A stretch of 64,000 nt of DNA from Candidatus Bathyarchaeia archaeon. Its GTDB lineage: Archaea > Thermoproteota > Bathyarchaeia > Bathyarchaeales > Bathycorpusculaceae. The DNA lies in NCBI GenBank assembly GCA_049515895.1, contig JBEKTQ010000007.1, positions 1 to 64,000 of the forward strand, written 5' to 3'. Each line of letters starts with the position of its first letter. Position 1 is the first letter of the stretch. Positions 49,562 through 59,259 of the stretch are shown piece by piece. The position numbers and the translations under genes were made by a program. The notes below the pieces were generated by a model. The model worked only from the letters and a program-made list of their open reading frames with translations. It was not told where the DNA came from and ran no database searches.

Positions 49562-50248
49562 ATGAAAGTTGTTGCTTCATGGAGCGGAGGCAAAGACAGC
49601 TGCTACGCATACTACTTGGCAACCCAGCAAGGCTACGAAGTAGTCAACATCTTAACCATGATGATGAGCAAGGAGAAATCAAACTTCCATATGATACCCG
49701 TCGGCATCTTGGATGCCCAATCAGATGCCATAGACATTCCGATAATCAAACAGCAAGCTACCCCAAAAACGTACGAAGACGACTTCAAAGTTGCATTGCA
49801 ACGGTTCAAAGCTGAAGGCGTTGAAGGCTTAGTAACAGGAGACATTTACGAGGTAGCGGGGCATGAGCAGGGTTGGCTGGGCAGAGTGCTCAAAGAAGTC
49901 GGCTTAAAACCGATAAAACCGCTCTGGATGCTTGATACAAAACAGATTTACCTTGACTACCTAAAAACGGGCTTCAAAGCAACCGTAGTCCGCACCAACC
50001 TGCAGAAGCTGGGCGTGGAGTGGCTTGGAAGAGTTTTAGACAGAAAATTCTACGACGACATCCTCAAGCTCGGGAACGTTGATCCATGCGGAGAAGGCGG
50101 CGAATACCACACTGTCATCACGGATGGACCCACTTTTAAGAAAAAGATTGAAATCCTAGAAACGCAAAAACACAAGCTAGACGGTGGCTTCGGATGTCTC
50201 GAAATCAAAAGGTTCGAAGTCAAGCCGAAAGGCAAGGGTAAAACGTAG
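49562..50248 (+). CDS. DUF71/COG2102 ATPase with canonical motifs, in cobalamin-salvage context
   Basis: SWSGGKDS, VTGDI, KPLW, WLGR, DPCGEGGEYHTVITDGPTF; first gene of the cobT-cobS-cobY run. Confidence 0.88.
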   Translation: MKVVASWSGGKDSCYAYYLATQQGYEVVNILTMMMSKEKSNFHMIPVGILDAQSDAIDIPIIKQQATPKTYEDDFKVALQRFKAEGVEGLVTGDIYEVAGHEQGWLGRVLKEVGLKPIKPLWMLDTKQIYLDYLKTGFKATVVRTNLQKLGVEWLGRVLDRKFYDDILKLGNVDPCGEGGEYHTVITDGPTFKKKIEILETQKHKLDGGFGCLEIKRFEVKPKGKGKT

Positions 50249-50249
50249 A

Positions 50250-51350
50250 ATGGATCAAGCACTTGACGTAATAATCGCTAATAATGAATTGAAAGCGCGA
50301 GCTTTTTTGGAAGAAGTTGCGGGGAAAAACCCTCTTTTCATTTGTGCAATAGCAACAACTGAAACCGGCAAAATCGCAGGTATATCTGCGGCTGGCGCCA
50401 ATCCCGAATTCACAGATTACACTCCGCCTGCAGATGCTGAACTACTTCTGTTAGGTAAGTGCAAATCTATTAATGGTGTTCCTATTACTCCTGATGGAAT
50501 TCCTACGCCTGGTCTAATCACAAGGTCAGCTTTGCAGTTGGCTGACATTTCCGTGTTGATTGCAAGCGGCGGGTTAAAGGTGAAGCCGCAGATTCCTTTT
50601 TTAGATTTAGGTGGAAGCCCAGGTAGGGACATTCGTAGCGGCAATGCAGTTGACAATGTTGCAGAAGTTATTGAACGTGCAAAGATTGCTGGGCAAAACT
50701 TGGCTAAAGCCACAGATTACCTTGTGATTGGCGAGAGCATTCCGGGAGGGACAACAACAGCCCTTGGCGTGCTGTCAGCACTTGGCGTGAAAGCGGAGGG
50801 AAAAGTAAGCAGCACGTTGCCGCAGAATCCTCACATTCTAAAAGCTGAAACGGTCAGGGCGGGCTTGGCGGCTGCAGGTGAAAGTTTCGGCAGCTTAGCA
50901 AAAGACCCAATTAAGGCTATTTCGTGCCTTGGCGACCCGATGATGGCTGCCTTCACAGGCTTAGTCGTTGGTGCGGCGGGGCAGGTTCCAGTATTGATGG
51001 CCGGCGGAACGCAGATGAGCGCTATCTTGGCCCTGATTAACGCTTTGAAGCCCGATGTTCTATGCAATGTGGCTGTGGGGACGACTCGGTGGGTTGCGAA
51101 AGACAAGTCATCCGATCTCAAAGGTATAGTGAAGCAGTTCTGCGATGTGCCGATTTTGGCAGCGAACCTGAACTTTGGATGTTCCCGTTTCCCGGGTTTA
51201 CAGATCTACGAGACTGGTCTTGTGAAGGAGGGGGTCGGCGCGGGAGGAGCTTCGATCGCAGCGATGGCGAAGACCGGCGGCGCAGTGACGGCTGACCTAT
51301 TGCTTAAAGAGATAGAGCGCAATTATGCTTTGCTGATGGGTTTGAAGTGA
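50250..51350 (+). CDS. cobT: Archaeal nicotinate-mononucleotide-dependent phosphoribosyltransferase CobT
   Basis: TET..IAGISAAGA.P...YTP.ADAE, GIPTP, GESIPGGTTTA, GDP, AGGTQM, YE.G.VKEGVGAGG. Confidence 0.88.
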   Translation: MDQALDVIIANNELKARAFLEEVAGKNPLFICAIATTETGKIAGISAAGANPEFTDYTPPADAELLLLGKCKSINGVPITPDGIPTPGLITRSALQLADISVLIASGGLKVKPQIPFLDLGGSPGRDIRSGNAVDNVAEVIERAKIAGQNLAKATDYLVIGESIPGGTTTALGVLSALGVKAEGKVSSTLPQNPHILKAETVRAGLAAAGESFGSLAKDPIKAISCLGDPMMAAFTGLVVGAAGQVPVLMAGGTQMSAILALINALKPDVLCNVAVGTTRWVAKDKSSDLKGIVKQFCDVPILAANLNFGCSRFPGLQIYETGLVKEGVGAGGASIAAMAKTGGAVTADLLLKEIERNYALLMGLK

Positions 51351-51351
51351 G

Positions 51352-52125
51352 ATGGTTATTAAAGAGCTCAAAAATCTGCTGTCTTTCCTCACAATCTTTC
51401 CCGTAGCAATGGACAAGGATATGCTTACTGACTGCGCCAAAGGCATGTGGGCTTTCCCTTTGATTGGCGCCTTCATTGGTTTGCTTGCTGGAGTGTTCGG
51501 TTGGGTAGCTTACCAATTTGTGCCCGGAATTGTTGTTGGTGGTTTAGTCTTAGCGGTGCTTCTGCTGATAACTGGGCTCCACCATACTGATGGTCTACTT
51601 GATTTCGGCGACGGAGTTATGGCTCACGGCACACCTGAGCATAAAATTGATGTTATGCACGATCAACTAACAGGCGCTGGAGGCTTGTCCATGGGCATCA
51701 TGACCATGCTGATTAGTGCCTTAGCCATCGGGCAGGTCACTGGTAATGGTCAGTTCGAAATTCCTTTGATAATCGGAGGCATAACAGCTGTGGAGGCTTC
51801 AGCTAAACTTTCCATGGTTGTTATGGGTTGGGCAGGAAAATCCGTTCGCCAAGGCATGAACTCGCCTTTTCTGGAAGCCATGAGAGGAAGTAAAGGCGAC
51901 TTACGTTTGATTGTCGCGTTCGTGCTTTGTTTCGCGGTTACTTTGCCTCTGCTGCGTTGGGCAGGCGCTTTCGTTGTCTTGGCCGGCGTAATTACCAGCT
52001 TGGTGATGGTTGTCGTAGCTCACAGGCATTTTAAGGGAGTTACAGGCGACGTATTCGGAGCCACCAACGAGATAACTCGAATGATCTGTTTAATTGTTTT
52101 ACTGGCGGTGGTCACTTGGGCATAA
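51352..52125 (+). CDS. cobS: Adenosylcobinamide-GDP ribazoletransferase CobS, copy B (canonical)
   Basis: SFLTIFP, TGLHHTDGLLDFGDG, VMHDQLTGAGG, GVTGDVFGATNE. Confidence 0.9.
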   Translation: MVIKELKNLLSFLTIFPVAMDKDMLTDCAKGMWAFPLIGAFIGLLAGVFGWVAYQFVPGIVVGGLVLAVLLLITGLHHTDGLLDFGDGVMAHGTPEHKIDVMHDQLTGAGGLSMGIMTMLISALAIGQVTGNGQFEIPLIIGGITAVEASAKLSMVVMGWAGKSVRQGMNSPFLEAMRGSKGDLRLIVAFVLCFAVTLPLLRWAGAFVVLAGVITSLVMVVVAHRHFKGVTGDVFGATNEITRMICLIVLLAVVTWA

Positions 52126-52733
52126 CCGCGCTTGTAATGGCTGGCGGAAAAGGAACCCGAATGCTAATCCGCGAAGAAAAACCCTTAATAAAAGTCTGCG
52201 GAAAACCAGTTATCGACTACGTGATTGCAGCATTAAAAACCGCCAAAAAAATCGACGGCATTATCGTCGCCACAAGCGCTTGTACGCCTAAGACCGCCAA
52301 ATACTTGAACAGCTTCCTAGTCAGAGTGGTTGAAACACCCGGGACAGACTATGTTTCCGACATGGGCTACGCCAGTCAAAACCTCAAACTCGACGTTTTT
52401 TTGGCGATCGCAGCAGACCTACCTCTTGTCACTGGCGAAGTGCTAGATACCATAGTTGAACGTTATGAGAGCTGCGGTAAACCAGCCTTGACCGTGGCTG
52501 TTCCCCTTAAAACGAAACAACGGCTCGGAATGAGCGTGGAGTACTCGTTCAAAATGGACGGAAGAGACGTGGTCCCCGTCGGCATCAACGTCATTGACGG
52601 ACGGAGCCGTTACGGCGACGAATGGCTCGACCAAGACATCTACCTGCTAAACCTAGACGAGCTCGCAGTCAACATCAACACAGTGCATGAGCTGAAACTC
52701 GCCGAAAACTTATTAGCTAATCGGAAGCGATAA
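52116..52733 (+). CDS. cobY: Adenosylcobinamide-phosphate guanylyltransferase CobY, copy B
   Basis: ALVMAGGKGTRM..EKPL, TPG.DYVSD, AADLP, PVGINVI, NINT. Confidence 0.85.
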   Translation: MGITALVMAGGKGTRMLIREEKPLIKVCGKPVIDYVIAALKTAKKIDGIIVATSACTPKTAKYLNSFLVRVVETPGTDYVSDMGYASQNLKLDVFLAIAADLPLVTGEVLDTIVERYESCGKPALTVAVPLKTKQRLGMSVEYSFKMDGRDVVPVGINVIDGRSRYGDEWLDQDIYLLNLDELAVNINTVHELKLAENLLANRKR

Positions 52734-53633
52734 TTTTTTCTGCTTGGTATCTAGGACTTCTTTAAGTGTTTCTTTCATTTTTCTTGCGTCAACATCCAAA
52801 TTAGGTGACTCGCATATCATTGTCGGATGCATTTTGAAGTCGACGATGACCTCGGCTAGCAAGCGGAAGTCCGGACCAAACCTTTCTTCATCGAGTGTGT
52901 GGTGTTTTTTTTCGCCTTGGGCGGTAAACTCAATTTTTGAGAAGTGACAGTGCATGCTTCGCATAGCTTCAGAGTCAAGCTTTTCTTCGACTTTTTCGGC
53001 GATCTCCCTGAAGTCCCCGGATTTCTTTAGGCTCCCTTGGTGAAGAGCGTGTAGGTGAGCCCAATCAACCACGAGTTGAGTGCCTTCTATTTCTTGGCAC
53101 AGCGTCAGGATTTCATCCAAGCTGCCCACTTGGAACTTTCTTCCCATGGTTTCAGGGCCAAGCTTAACGTGAAGTCCAAGGCTTCGCATTTCGGTGCTGA
53201 CCTCTTTAAGAGCGTTCAGGCAGGTTTTGAAGGCGAAGTCTTTTTCGAAGCGACCGTAAAATCCAGTGTGGAATACCATAACGTAAGCTCCCATCCAGTC
53301 GGCTGCGGTTGCGGACGCGATAAGCCGTCGTTTGCTTGCTTCCACAATCTCCCGTTTGCCTGACAAGTTAATGTAGTATGAGCCGTGAAGGCTAAGTTGC
53401 ACATCGTTTTCTTTGGCGGCGACACCCAACTTTTCCGCATGCTCCTTTGTGATCTGCGGCTTTGGCCCCCAACGGACTGCCTCGTACTCCAAGGCATCTA
53501 ATCCTTCTTCACGTAGCAACCGCGGAACGTCAGGCAAATCAGCTCCCAAAAGCCTGAACATCGGCGGAACACCTGCGGGTCCAAAACGAGTACGCTCAGC
53601 CATCAAATCCCATCTTTCTATTTTGGTTGTCAA
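52713..53633 (-). CDS. Endonuclease IV-like TIM-barrel protein
   Basis: FGPAGVP, SLHGSYYINL, VFHTG, PETMG, DWAHLHA, HCHFS, ICESP. Confidence 0.85.
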   Translation of the reverse strand: MTTKIERWDLMAERTRFGPAGVPPMFRLLGADLPDVPRLLREEGLDALEYEAVRWGPKPQITKEHAEKLGVAAKENDVQLSLHGSYYINLSGKREIVEASKRRLIASATAADWMGAYVMVFHTGFYGRFEKDFAFKTCLNALKEVSTEMRSLGLHVKLGPETMGRKFQVGSLDEILTLCQEIEGTQLVVDWAHLHALHQGSLKKSGDFREIAEKVEEKLDSEAMRSMHCHFSKIEFTAQGEKKHHTLDEERFGPDFRLLAEVIVDFKMHPTMICESPNLDVDARKMKETLKEVLDTKQKKLSLPIS

Positions 53634-53684
53634 ACATTAAAGTTTCCACTCCTTAAAACTTCCGACGATTGTTTGAGCTAAGCG

Positions 53685-54467
53685 TTAGAGCAGATGGACT
53701 ATTGTCGGGATAATTACATACAGGCGAACGTATATGGCCGCGACTGTTATTCCAATGGTTATTGCCAGCAGGGCATAGTCTCCTTTGTGGAGTTTTAGAG
53801 AGTAGAGATTGGTGCGTTTCTTGGTGGCTCCCCACGCTCGGCTCTCCATCGCCTCAGCCAACTCGAGGCTCCTTCGAATTGCGCTGACAATGAGCGGGAT
53901 AAGGACGGGTACGTAATTTCTAATTCTCTTCAACAAGCCGCCTTTCTCCAGCTCTAGCCCCCTTGCTTTTTGAGCATCCATAATTGTTTGCGCTTCTTCT
54001 GCAAGCACAGGGACGAATCGCACTGCTGTGGTGAAGGCAAAGGCGAATTCGTAGGGTACGTGGGATTCTTCCAGCGCCAAGCCTAGGTGATCGGGTGAGG
54101 TGGTTAAGAAGAAAACTGAGAAGGATTCCACAAGGACCACGAAGCGCAGAGTTAATGCGACTGCGTTCTCAACAGCGGGGGGCGTTACCTTGTAGCCTGC
54201 GTAGAAAAATGATGTTCCAACGTTAACTGCGAAAATGATAGCTGCCAAAAAAGCGGCCCCTCGCAAGGAGCGGAGCCATTGCCGCTGCACGTGAGCCAGC
54301 AAGACGAAGGGAAGCTGCAATACGAATAGGAAAAGCAGAGGGATGACTTGGGAGAAGATGATTGCGACGGCGAAGATTGATATGACGTAGATGAATTTTA
54401 TCCTCGGGTCTAAATTGTGGATTGGAGAGTAAACTTTTCGGAACTTTAACCCGTCGAAGATGCTCAT
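53685..54467 (-). CDS. ecfT: ECF transporter transmembrane component T
   Basis: LDPRIK, RFVP, AQKARG, AMESRAW. Confidence 0.9.
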   Translation of the reverse strand: MSIFDGLKFRKVYSPIHNLDPRIKFIYVISIFAVAIIFSQVIPLLFLFVLQLPFVLLAHVQRQWLRSLRGAAFLAAIIFAVNVGTSFFYAGYKVTPPAVENAVALTLRFVVLVESFSVFFLTTSPDHLGLALEESHVPYEFAFAFTTAVRFVPVLAEEAQTIMDAQKARGLELEKGGLLKRIRNYVPVLIPLIVSAIRRSLELAEAMESRAWGATKKRTNLYSLKLHKGDYALLAITIGITVAAIYVRLYVIIPTIVHLL

Positions 54468-55288
54468 TGCCGTTTGCTCTCCGTGGCTTTTAGGATTATT
54501 TTTTCTGCTTCGTAAATGTCAATGACGTTTTTTGGGAAACCCAGTGGTGATAGCTTTGCGAAGACCTGCGCTATCTGAGGAAGAACAATCGAAGATTCCG
54601 CTAGAACCTGCGGGTTTGTTAGGATGTCTTTTCCCGTGCCTTCAGCAACGATTTTTCCCTCCTTCATCAAAACAACCCGAGGGTTACATTCAGCCACGAA
54701 CTCCACGTCATGCGTGACAATCACCACAGTTTTACCCTGCGCCTGCATTTGCATGATAAACTGGGTCAGTTTCTCTTTTTGCTCATGGTCCTGCCCGATG
54801 GTGGGTTCATCCAAGATAAGCATCTGTGGGTTCCATGCCAAAACCGACGCCAACGCGACCCGCTTCCGCTCGCCTCCGCTTAAGAGAAAAGGTGAGATCT
54901 TACGGTACTGGCTGAGCGATAGTAGCTCCAGAGCCCACGTTACTCGCTTCTCGACCACGTCTGGGTTGAACCCGAAGTTCTTGAGGGCAAAAGCGATTTC
55001 CTCTTCGACAGTTTCGCTGAAAAGTTGATGGTCAGGGTTCTGGAAAACAAAACCCACGTTTCGGGCGAGCGTTGCAACGCTTGTTTTGGTTGTTTCAACG
55101 CCGTCCACAAGAACCTTTCCCGATGAAGGTTTCAAAAGTCCGTTAAAATGCTTGACGAAGGTTGATTTTCCGGCTCCGTTTTGCCCCATTATCGCCAGGA
55201 ACTCGCCGTCTTTTACGGTTAACGAGACGCCTTTGAGCGCTTCGACCTTGTTAGCATAGGAGAAGCGGACATCTTGTGCCTCAATCAT
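54464..55288 (-). CDS. ecfA2: ECF transporter ATPase
   Basis: GQNGAGKST, FQNPDHQ, LSGGERKR, LDEPT. Confidence 0.9.
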   Translation of the reverse strand: MIEAQDVRFSYANKVEALKGVSLTVKDGEFLAIMGQNGAGKSTFVKHFNGLLKPSSGKVLVDGVETTKTSVATLARNVGFVFQNPDHQLFSETVEEEIAFALKNFGFNPDVVEKRVTWALELLSLSQYRKISPFLLSGGERKRVALASVLAWNPQMLILDEPTIGQDHEQKEKLTQFIMQMQAQGKTVVIVTHDVEFVAECNPRVVLMKEGKIVAEGTGKDILTNPQVLAESSIVLPQIAQVFAKLSPLGFPKNVIDIYEAEKIILKATESKRQ

Positions 55289-56136
55289 TTGGTTCCAAGC
55301 ATCTCCAATAGTTGGTCAGCTAACTCCACAGAAGACAAGGGCATATTTTTGCCAATGTTTAAGCCGTCTTTTTTGAGCAATTGATAAAGCAACGTTGCCT
55401 TGGGTATTCCGACGCCGATAAGGCGGGTTTCTTCCGTGCTGAGGATTTCTCTCGGGTTGCCTTCGAAACGCACTTTTCCCTCATCCATAACAATTAGGTG
55501 ATTCGTGTACTTCGCCGTCAAGTCCAGCCTGTGCTCTACGAGAATCACCGTTATTCCCTGTTTTCTGTTTAAATCGTAAATAACATCAAAAATTCTTTCG
55601 GCGCTTAAGGGGTCAAGGAAAGATGTGGGTTCATCCAGTACGATGATTTCGGGTTCCATAGCTAAAACGGCTGCAATCGCTACCCGCTGCTGCTGTCCCC
55701 CAGAAATTTCATGAGGAGACCGTTCACGCAAATCGTAGATGCCCGTTTGGTTTAGTGCCCAATCCACTTTTTTTCTAATTTCTTCTCTGGGAACCCCAAA
55801 GTTTTCCAACCCAAAAGCCACGTCCTTCTCGACTGACAGGGCGAAAAGCTGGTTTTCTGGGTTCTGAAAAACTAAGCCCACATGCTTAGCCATCTCATAT
55901 GTGTGGCGTTTTAGAACGTCTTCGCCTGCAACCGTGATTTCGCCCTGCAGGTCGCCTTGATAAAAATGCGGGACAAGCCCATTGAAGCATCGGCACAAAG
56001 TTGTTTTTCCGCAGCCGCTTGGACCCGTGATTAACACGAACTCACCTTTTTCCACTTTGATTGAGACGTCGGCGATTGACGGTTTTGCTGCGCCTGGATA
56101 TGTGTAAGTGAGATTTTTGGTTTCGATTATAGCCAT
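55285..56136 (-). CDS. ecfA1: ECF transporter ATPase
   Basis: GPSGCGKTT, FQNPENQ, ISGGQQQR, LDEPT. Confidence 0.9.
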   Translation of the reverse strand: MAIIETKNLTYTYPGAAKPSIADVSIKVEKGEFVLITGPSGCGKTTLCRCFNGLVPHFYQGDLQGEITVAGEDVLKRHTYEMAKHVGLVFQNPENQLFALSVEKDVAFGLENFGVPREEIRKKVDWALNQTGIYDLRERSPHEISGGQQQRVAIAAVLAMEPEIIVLDEPTSFLDPLSAERIFDVIYDLNRKQGITVILVEHRLDLTAKYTNHLIVMDEGKVRFEGNPREILSTEETRLIGVGIPKATLLYQLLKKDGLNIGKNMPLSSVELADQLLEMLGTK

Positions 56137-56185
56137 TTTTTGTGCCTGCTATCTTAAGCGTGAGACTTTGCTCATTTAAGCGTAG

Positions 56186-57184
56186 CTACCCAACTTTGGC
56201 TATTTTCTGTCTTAGAAGAATCAGACATTGTTTTAGTGTTGGCTCTATTTCTCCTGTGCCGCTCACTCCGGCTGCCATCGCGTGTCCTCCGCCGACTCCG
56301 TGCAGGAATTCGCCAAGAGGAGCTGCGATATCTTTTCCCAAGTTGATGCCTGTCTCCTCGGTGAACTGGCGTGTGCAGCGCAAGCTTATCTCGATTTTTC
56401 CGTTTTTCAACCCTGCCACAGCTGAAGCGTGGGCGCCTAAATCGACCAGCGATTTTGCTGCTGCTGCTTGGTAGGCGCTGACATGCGAGACGGCGATTAT
56501 CCAGCCGTTGATCCTTGCGATTTTGGCTCTTTTGCAAGCCTTAAGCTTAGCTAGCCTTTCTGAAGTGTCGATGGGCAGGGAAAACTCTTGCAGCGTCGCC
56601 TGCACATCTATACCCTCGCCCACCAGTTTAGCCACGATTCCAAAGGTTGATGCGCTTGCCAAAGAGAAATGCCGCGTGTCGAAGGCTATGCCCACAAACA
56701 ACGCTTTTGCTTCGTTGAAGTCAGGCTTGGTTTTCGCTTGTTTGAAAAGTCTGTAGACTATTTCGCAGTTGGCGGCTGCTTTCTGGTCAATGACGCAGAG
56801 TTTGCAGATTTCAGTGGTTGAAGGGCTTGGGTAGTGGTGGTCAACTATTATTTTCGGTGCAGGCGACCTTCTTATGGTTTCAGCCACTATGTCAAGCTGG
56901 TCAATCGTGTTTAAATCCAGAAAAACAATCACATCCGCCGATTCAATGTTCGGCTTCAAGTTGACTGTTATCGGCATACGTTCCAGAATCAGCTTAGACG
57001 GTTTGTTGACGCCTTGGGGGCAACCGATTTCAAACACGACGTCTGGCATGAACCGTTTGAGCAAGCCCTGCAAAGCGTAGGCTGAGCAGATTGCGTCAGC
57101 GTCAGCACTGCGGTGACACAGCAAAAGAACAAAAGATGCCTTATTTTCCTTGAGTACTTGCAGAAGATTTTGGAATTCGTTCAT
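56186..57184 (-). CDS. DHH/DHHA1 family phosphoesterase (nanoRNase-like)
   Basis: H..ADADA, VDHH, ISLR, GGGHAMAAG. Confidence 0.88.
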   Translation of the reverse strand: MNEFQNLLQVLKENKASFVLLLCHRSADADAICSAYALQGLLKRFMPDVVFEIGCPQGVNKPSKLILERMPITVNLKPNIESADVIVFLDLNTIDQLDIVAETIRRSPAPKIIVDHHYPSPSTTEICKLCVIDQKAAANCEIVYRLFKQAKTKPDFNEAKALFVGIAFDTRHFSLASASTFGIVAKLVGEGIDVQATLQEFSLPIDTSERLAKLKACKRAKIARINGWIIAVSHVSAYQAAAAKSLVDLGAHASAVAGLKNGKIEISLRCTRQFTEETGINLGKDIAAPLGEFLHGVGGGHAMAAGVSGTGEIEPTLKQCLILLRQKIAKVG

Positions 57185-57468
57185 TTTAGCTTTCTCAAAA
57201 AGTTTTCAACAGCCTTATGTGCGGTCTTTGTCGCTTCTTTGACCAGCACCTGGGCATCTACGTCTTTAGCTTCAGGCGAGAGAACGAGGTTGATTTCTAC
57301 AGAAACCTTCAGCGGTTTTGAAGCTTCCGCTTCCACGCTGATATCTAATATGTCAACCATCTTAGAAGAAACTTTGACTAGAACGCATTTTCTAGCGGCG
57401 TCCTCCGCCCTCGCGCACAAGTTTTCTATTTGCTCAGTGGATAGCTCTGGTATCCCCAGCTCATCCAA
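57181..57468 (-). CDS. DUF3194-like small archaeal protein
   Basis: GIPELS.EQIE.L...AE..AR; position between prefoldin beta and DHH genes. Confidence 0.7.
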   Translation of the reverse strand: MDELGIPELSTEQIENLCARAEDAARKCVLVKVSSKMVDILDISVEAEASKPLKVSVEINLVLSPEAKDVDAQVLVKEATKTAHKAVENFLRKLK

Positions 57469-57478
57469 AGGGGTTCAC

Positions 57479-57853
57479 CTAAGATGTAGGTGGCTGATTA
57501 ACTGGGTTCAGGTCTTCTTGAAGTTTTGTCTGCGACTCCTTTATTTGGCTGCGCATTCGCTCCTCTTGCCTTGCCAAAACCGTGCTTCTTGTTTCCAGAA
57601 GTTCTTTGCGTTCAACAAGGTCTTCTGTCACTTTTGGCTTCTCAGCTTTAACCAGCAAGGAACCCACTGCCTTGTAAATAACTGCTGTGTCAGCTGTTTT
57701 CTGCAGTTCCGTTATTGTCTGATCTACTTCTGATTTTTCCATTTCAACCTGCTGTTTCTGCGCTAAAATCGACTGTAGCGTTTGTTGTAGCTGCTGCAGT
57801 CTAAGAAGCCTTTCTTGAACGTTAGGCGGTAATCTTGAAAGTTCATCACTCAA
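57479..57853 (-). CDS. pfdB: Prefoldin subunit beta
   Basis: LPPNVQ..L..LQQLQQ, IYKAVGSLLVK, coiled coils. Confidence 0.92.
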   Translation of the reverse strand: MSDELSRLPPNVQERLLRLQQLQQTLQSILAQKQQVEMEKSEVDQTITELQKTADTAVIYKAVGSLLVKAEKPKVTEDLVERKELLETRSTVLARQEERMRSQIKESQTKLQEDLNPVNQPPTS

Positions 57854-57933
57854 ATTTCATCCTTCCGTACCCAGCAATAAGAGAAGCCCTTAATTAAGTA
57901 TTTCCAACAGGCATAGCCGTTCCGGAAGACATG

Positions 57934-59259
57934 CTAAATCCCTGTTTGGTTCCAGTAGTAAACATGCTGGTAACCCACGTTCGTAACTGGGTACTGCGGG
58001 TCAGCGTATACTATGTCCAAGCTCACTCTGTACTGTGACAAAAGAGCGCTTGTGCCTATTGCTATCTGCATGGTCTTGCCATCAGTCAGCCAGAAACCCC
58101 AAATCGTATCGTTCGGGTTACGCATTCCCCACCCGTAGTTTTCAGGCAAAACCAGCACGGCATCTGGACCGCTTAAATCAGGAAATTGCTTCTGGTGTAT
58201 GTCGTTCCAGAAGCTTTGCATAGCGATCAACTGGTCATTTGTCAATGCGCCATAGATACTTCCGTTATCATACGGGTAGTTAAAAACTGCAATGTATTTT
58301 GCCCCTGCCTCGTATGAGGTCAGCATTTGATCGTAAATTTGCGATCCGCTGTCCAGATAGTAAGGTTCATCGTCGTACTTCCAAGTGATCATTGCACCCC
58401 ACTCTTTGCCTTGCATTCTTGCGGCTCCCTTCACAAGAGCAATTTGCTCAGCTACGCTGCAGTTCCAACCTAACTCAGCGAACATAACATTGTATCCACC
58501 CAAGTAATCATACCAGTAAAGGGCATAGTCAGAAGTGAATGTTGTGACAGTAGCGTTTTTCAAAAGACTAAGTCCATTGTCTCCTTCAAGGATATCTTGT
58601 GTGAAAAAGTTGGCTTCTAAATCATAGTTTGGAGGGCTTGTTTTGTTATTCATGAAGCCAAGCATCTTATAATAAATCTGATTCAGGTCGTAGATTGGTT
58701 TTATATATCTTTGGTAAGCCTCAGTTTTAGTATAGTTGCCTGTTGTAAAATTGCTACTTAGAAACTGCGGCTGCCAATGACTAAACCAATATGACCAGTT
58801 GCCATCTAGTTGAATGCCCCCTGGCTCGTCGTTGTAATACATTCCCAAGAATTTGTTGCCCCACTTTGTCTTCCATTGCTGCGTAACGTTTAATGATTGA
58901 TTCCAAAACCAGTAGCGGCTGGTGTCAAAAGGTTGTTGGATGCCGACGTTTATAATTACGCTTAACCCGTTAGCGACTGCGTAATCGCAGATTTCATTGA
59001 CCGCTGTTTCGTTTTGGGTAATTGCGTTTCTTCCTGAGTCCAGTATGAAGAGGTTCGTGTAGCCTTTCACTTTGTCAATGAGGATTTTGGCTTCCAGTGT
59101 GGTGTTTCCCCCGAAGGCTACCCCAACATAAACGTTGTTCGGATTAGCCTTAGGTTGGCTTTCAATCGAGTAAGTTGTGTAGGCCCCTACTGAAACAGCC
59201 AATATCACGATTAGGAAAGCAGGAATCAAGTATTTGCTAACTCGCTTTAGGCTGCTCAT
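57934..59259 (-). CDS. Membrane-anchored extracellular hypothetical protein
   Basis: N-terminal TM; YYNDEPGG, TSDYALYWYDY, ELGWN motifs; Asn/Trp/Tyr-rich. Confidence 0.75.
   Translation of the reverse strand: MSSLKRVSKYLIPAFLIVILAVSVGAYTTYSIESQPKANPNNVYVGVAFGGNTTLEAKILIDKVKGYTNLFILDSGRNAITQNETAVNEICDYAVANGLSVIINVGIQQPFDTSRYWFWNQSLNVTQQWKTKWGNKFLGMYYNDEPGGIQLDGNWSYWFSHWQPQFLSSNFTTGNYTKTEAYQRYIKPIYDLNQIYYKMLGFMNNKTSPPNYDLEANFFTQDILEGDNGLSLLKNATVTTFTSDYALYWYDYLGGYNVMFAELGWNCSVAEQIALVKGAARMQGKEWGAMITWKYDDEPYYLDSGSQIYDQMLTSYEAGAKYIAVFNYPYDNGSIYGALTNDQLIAMQSFWNDIHQKQFPDLSGPDAVLVLPENYGWGMRNPNDTIWGFWLTDGKTMQIAIGTSALLSQYRVSLDIVYADPQYPVTNVGYQHVYYWNQTGI

Noticed and set aside
49562-50248. Diphthamide synthetase dph6
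   Set aside because: Operonic with cobT-cobS-cobY and no other dph genes nearby; symbol not assigned without phylogeny
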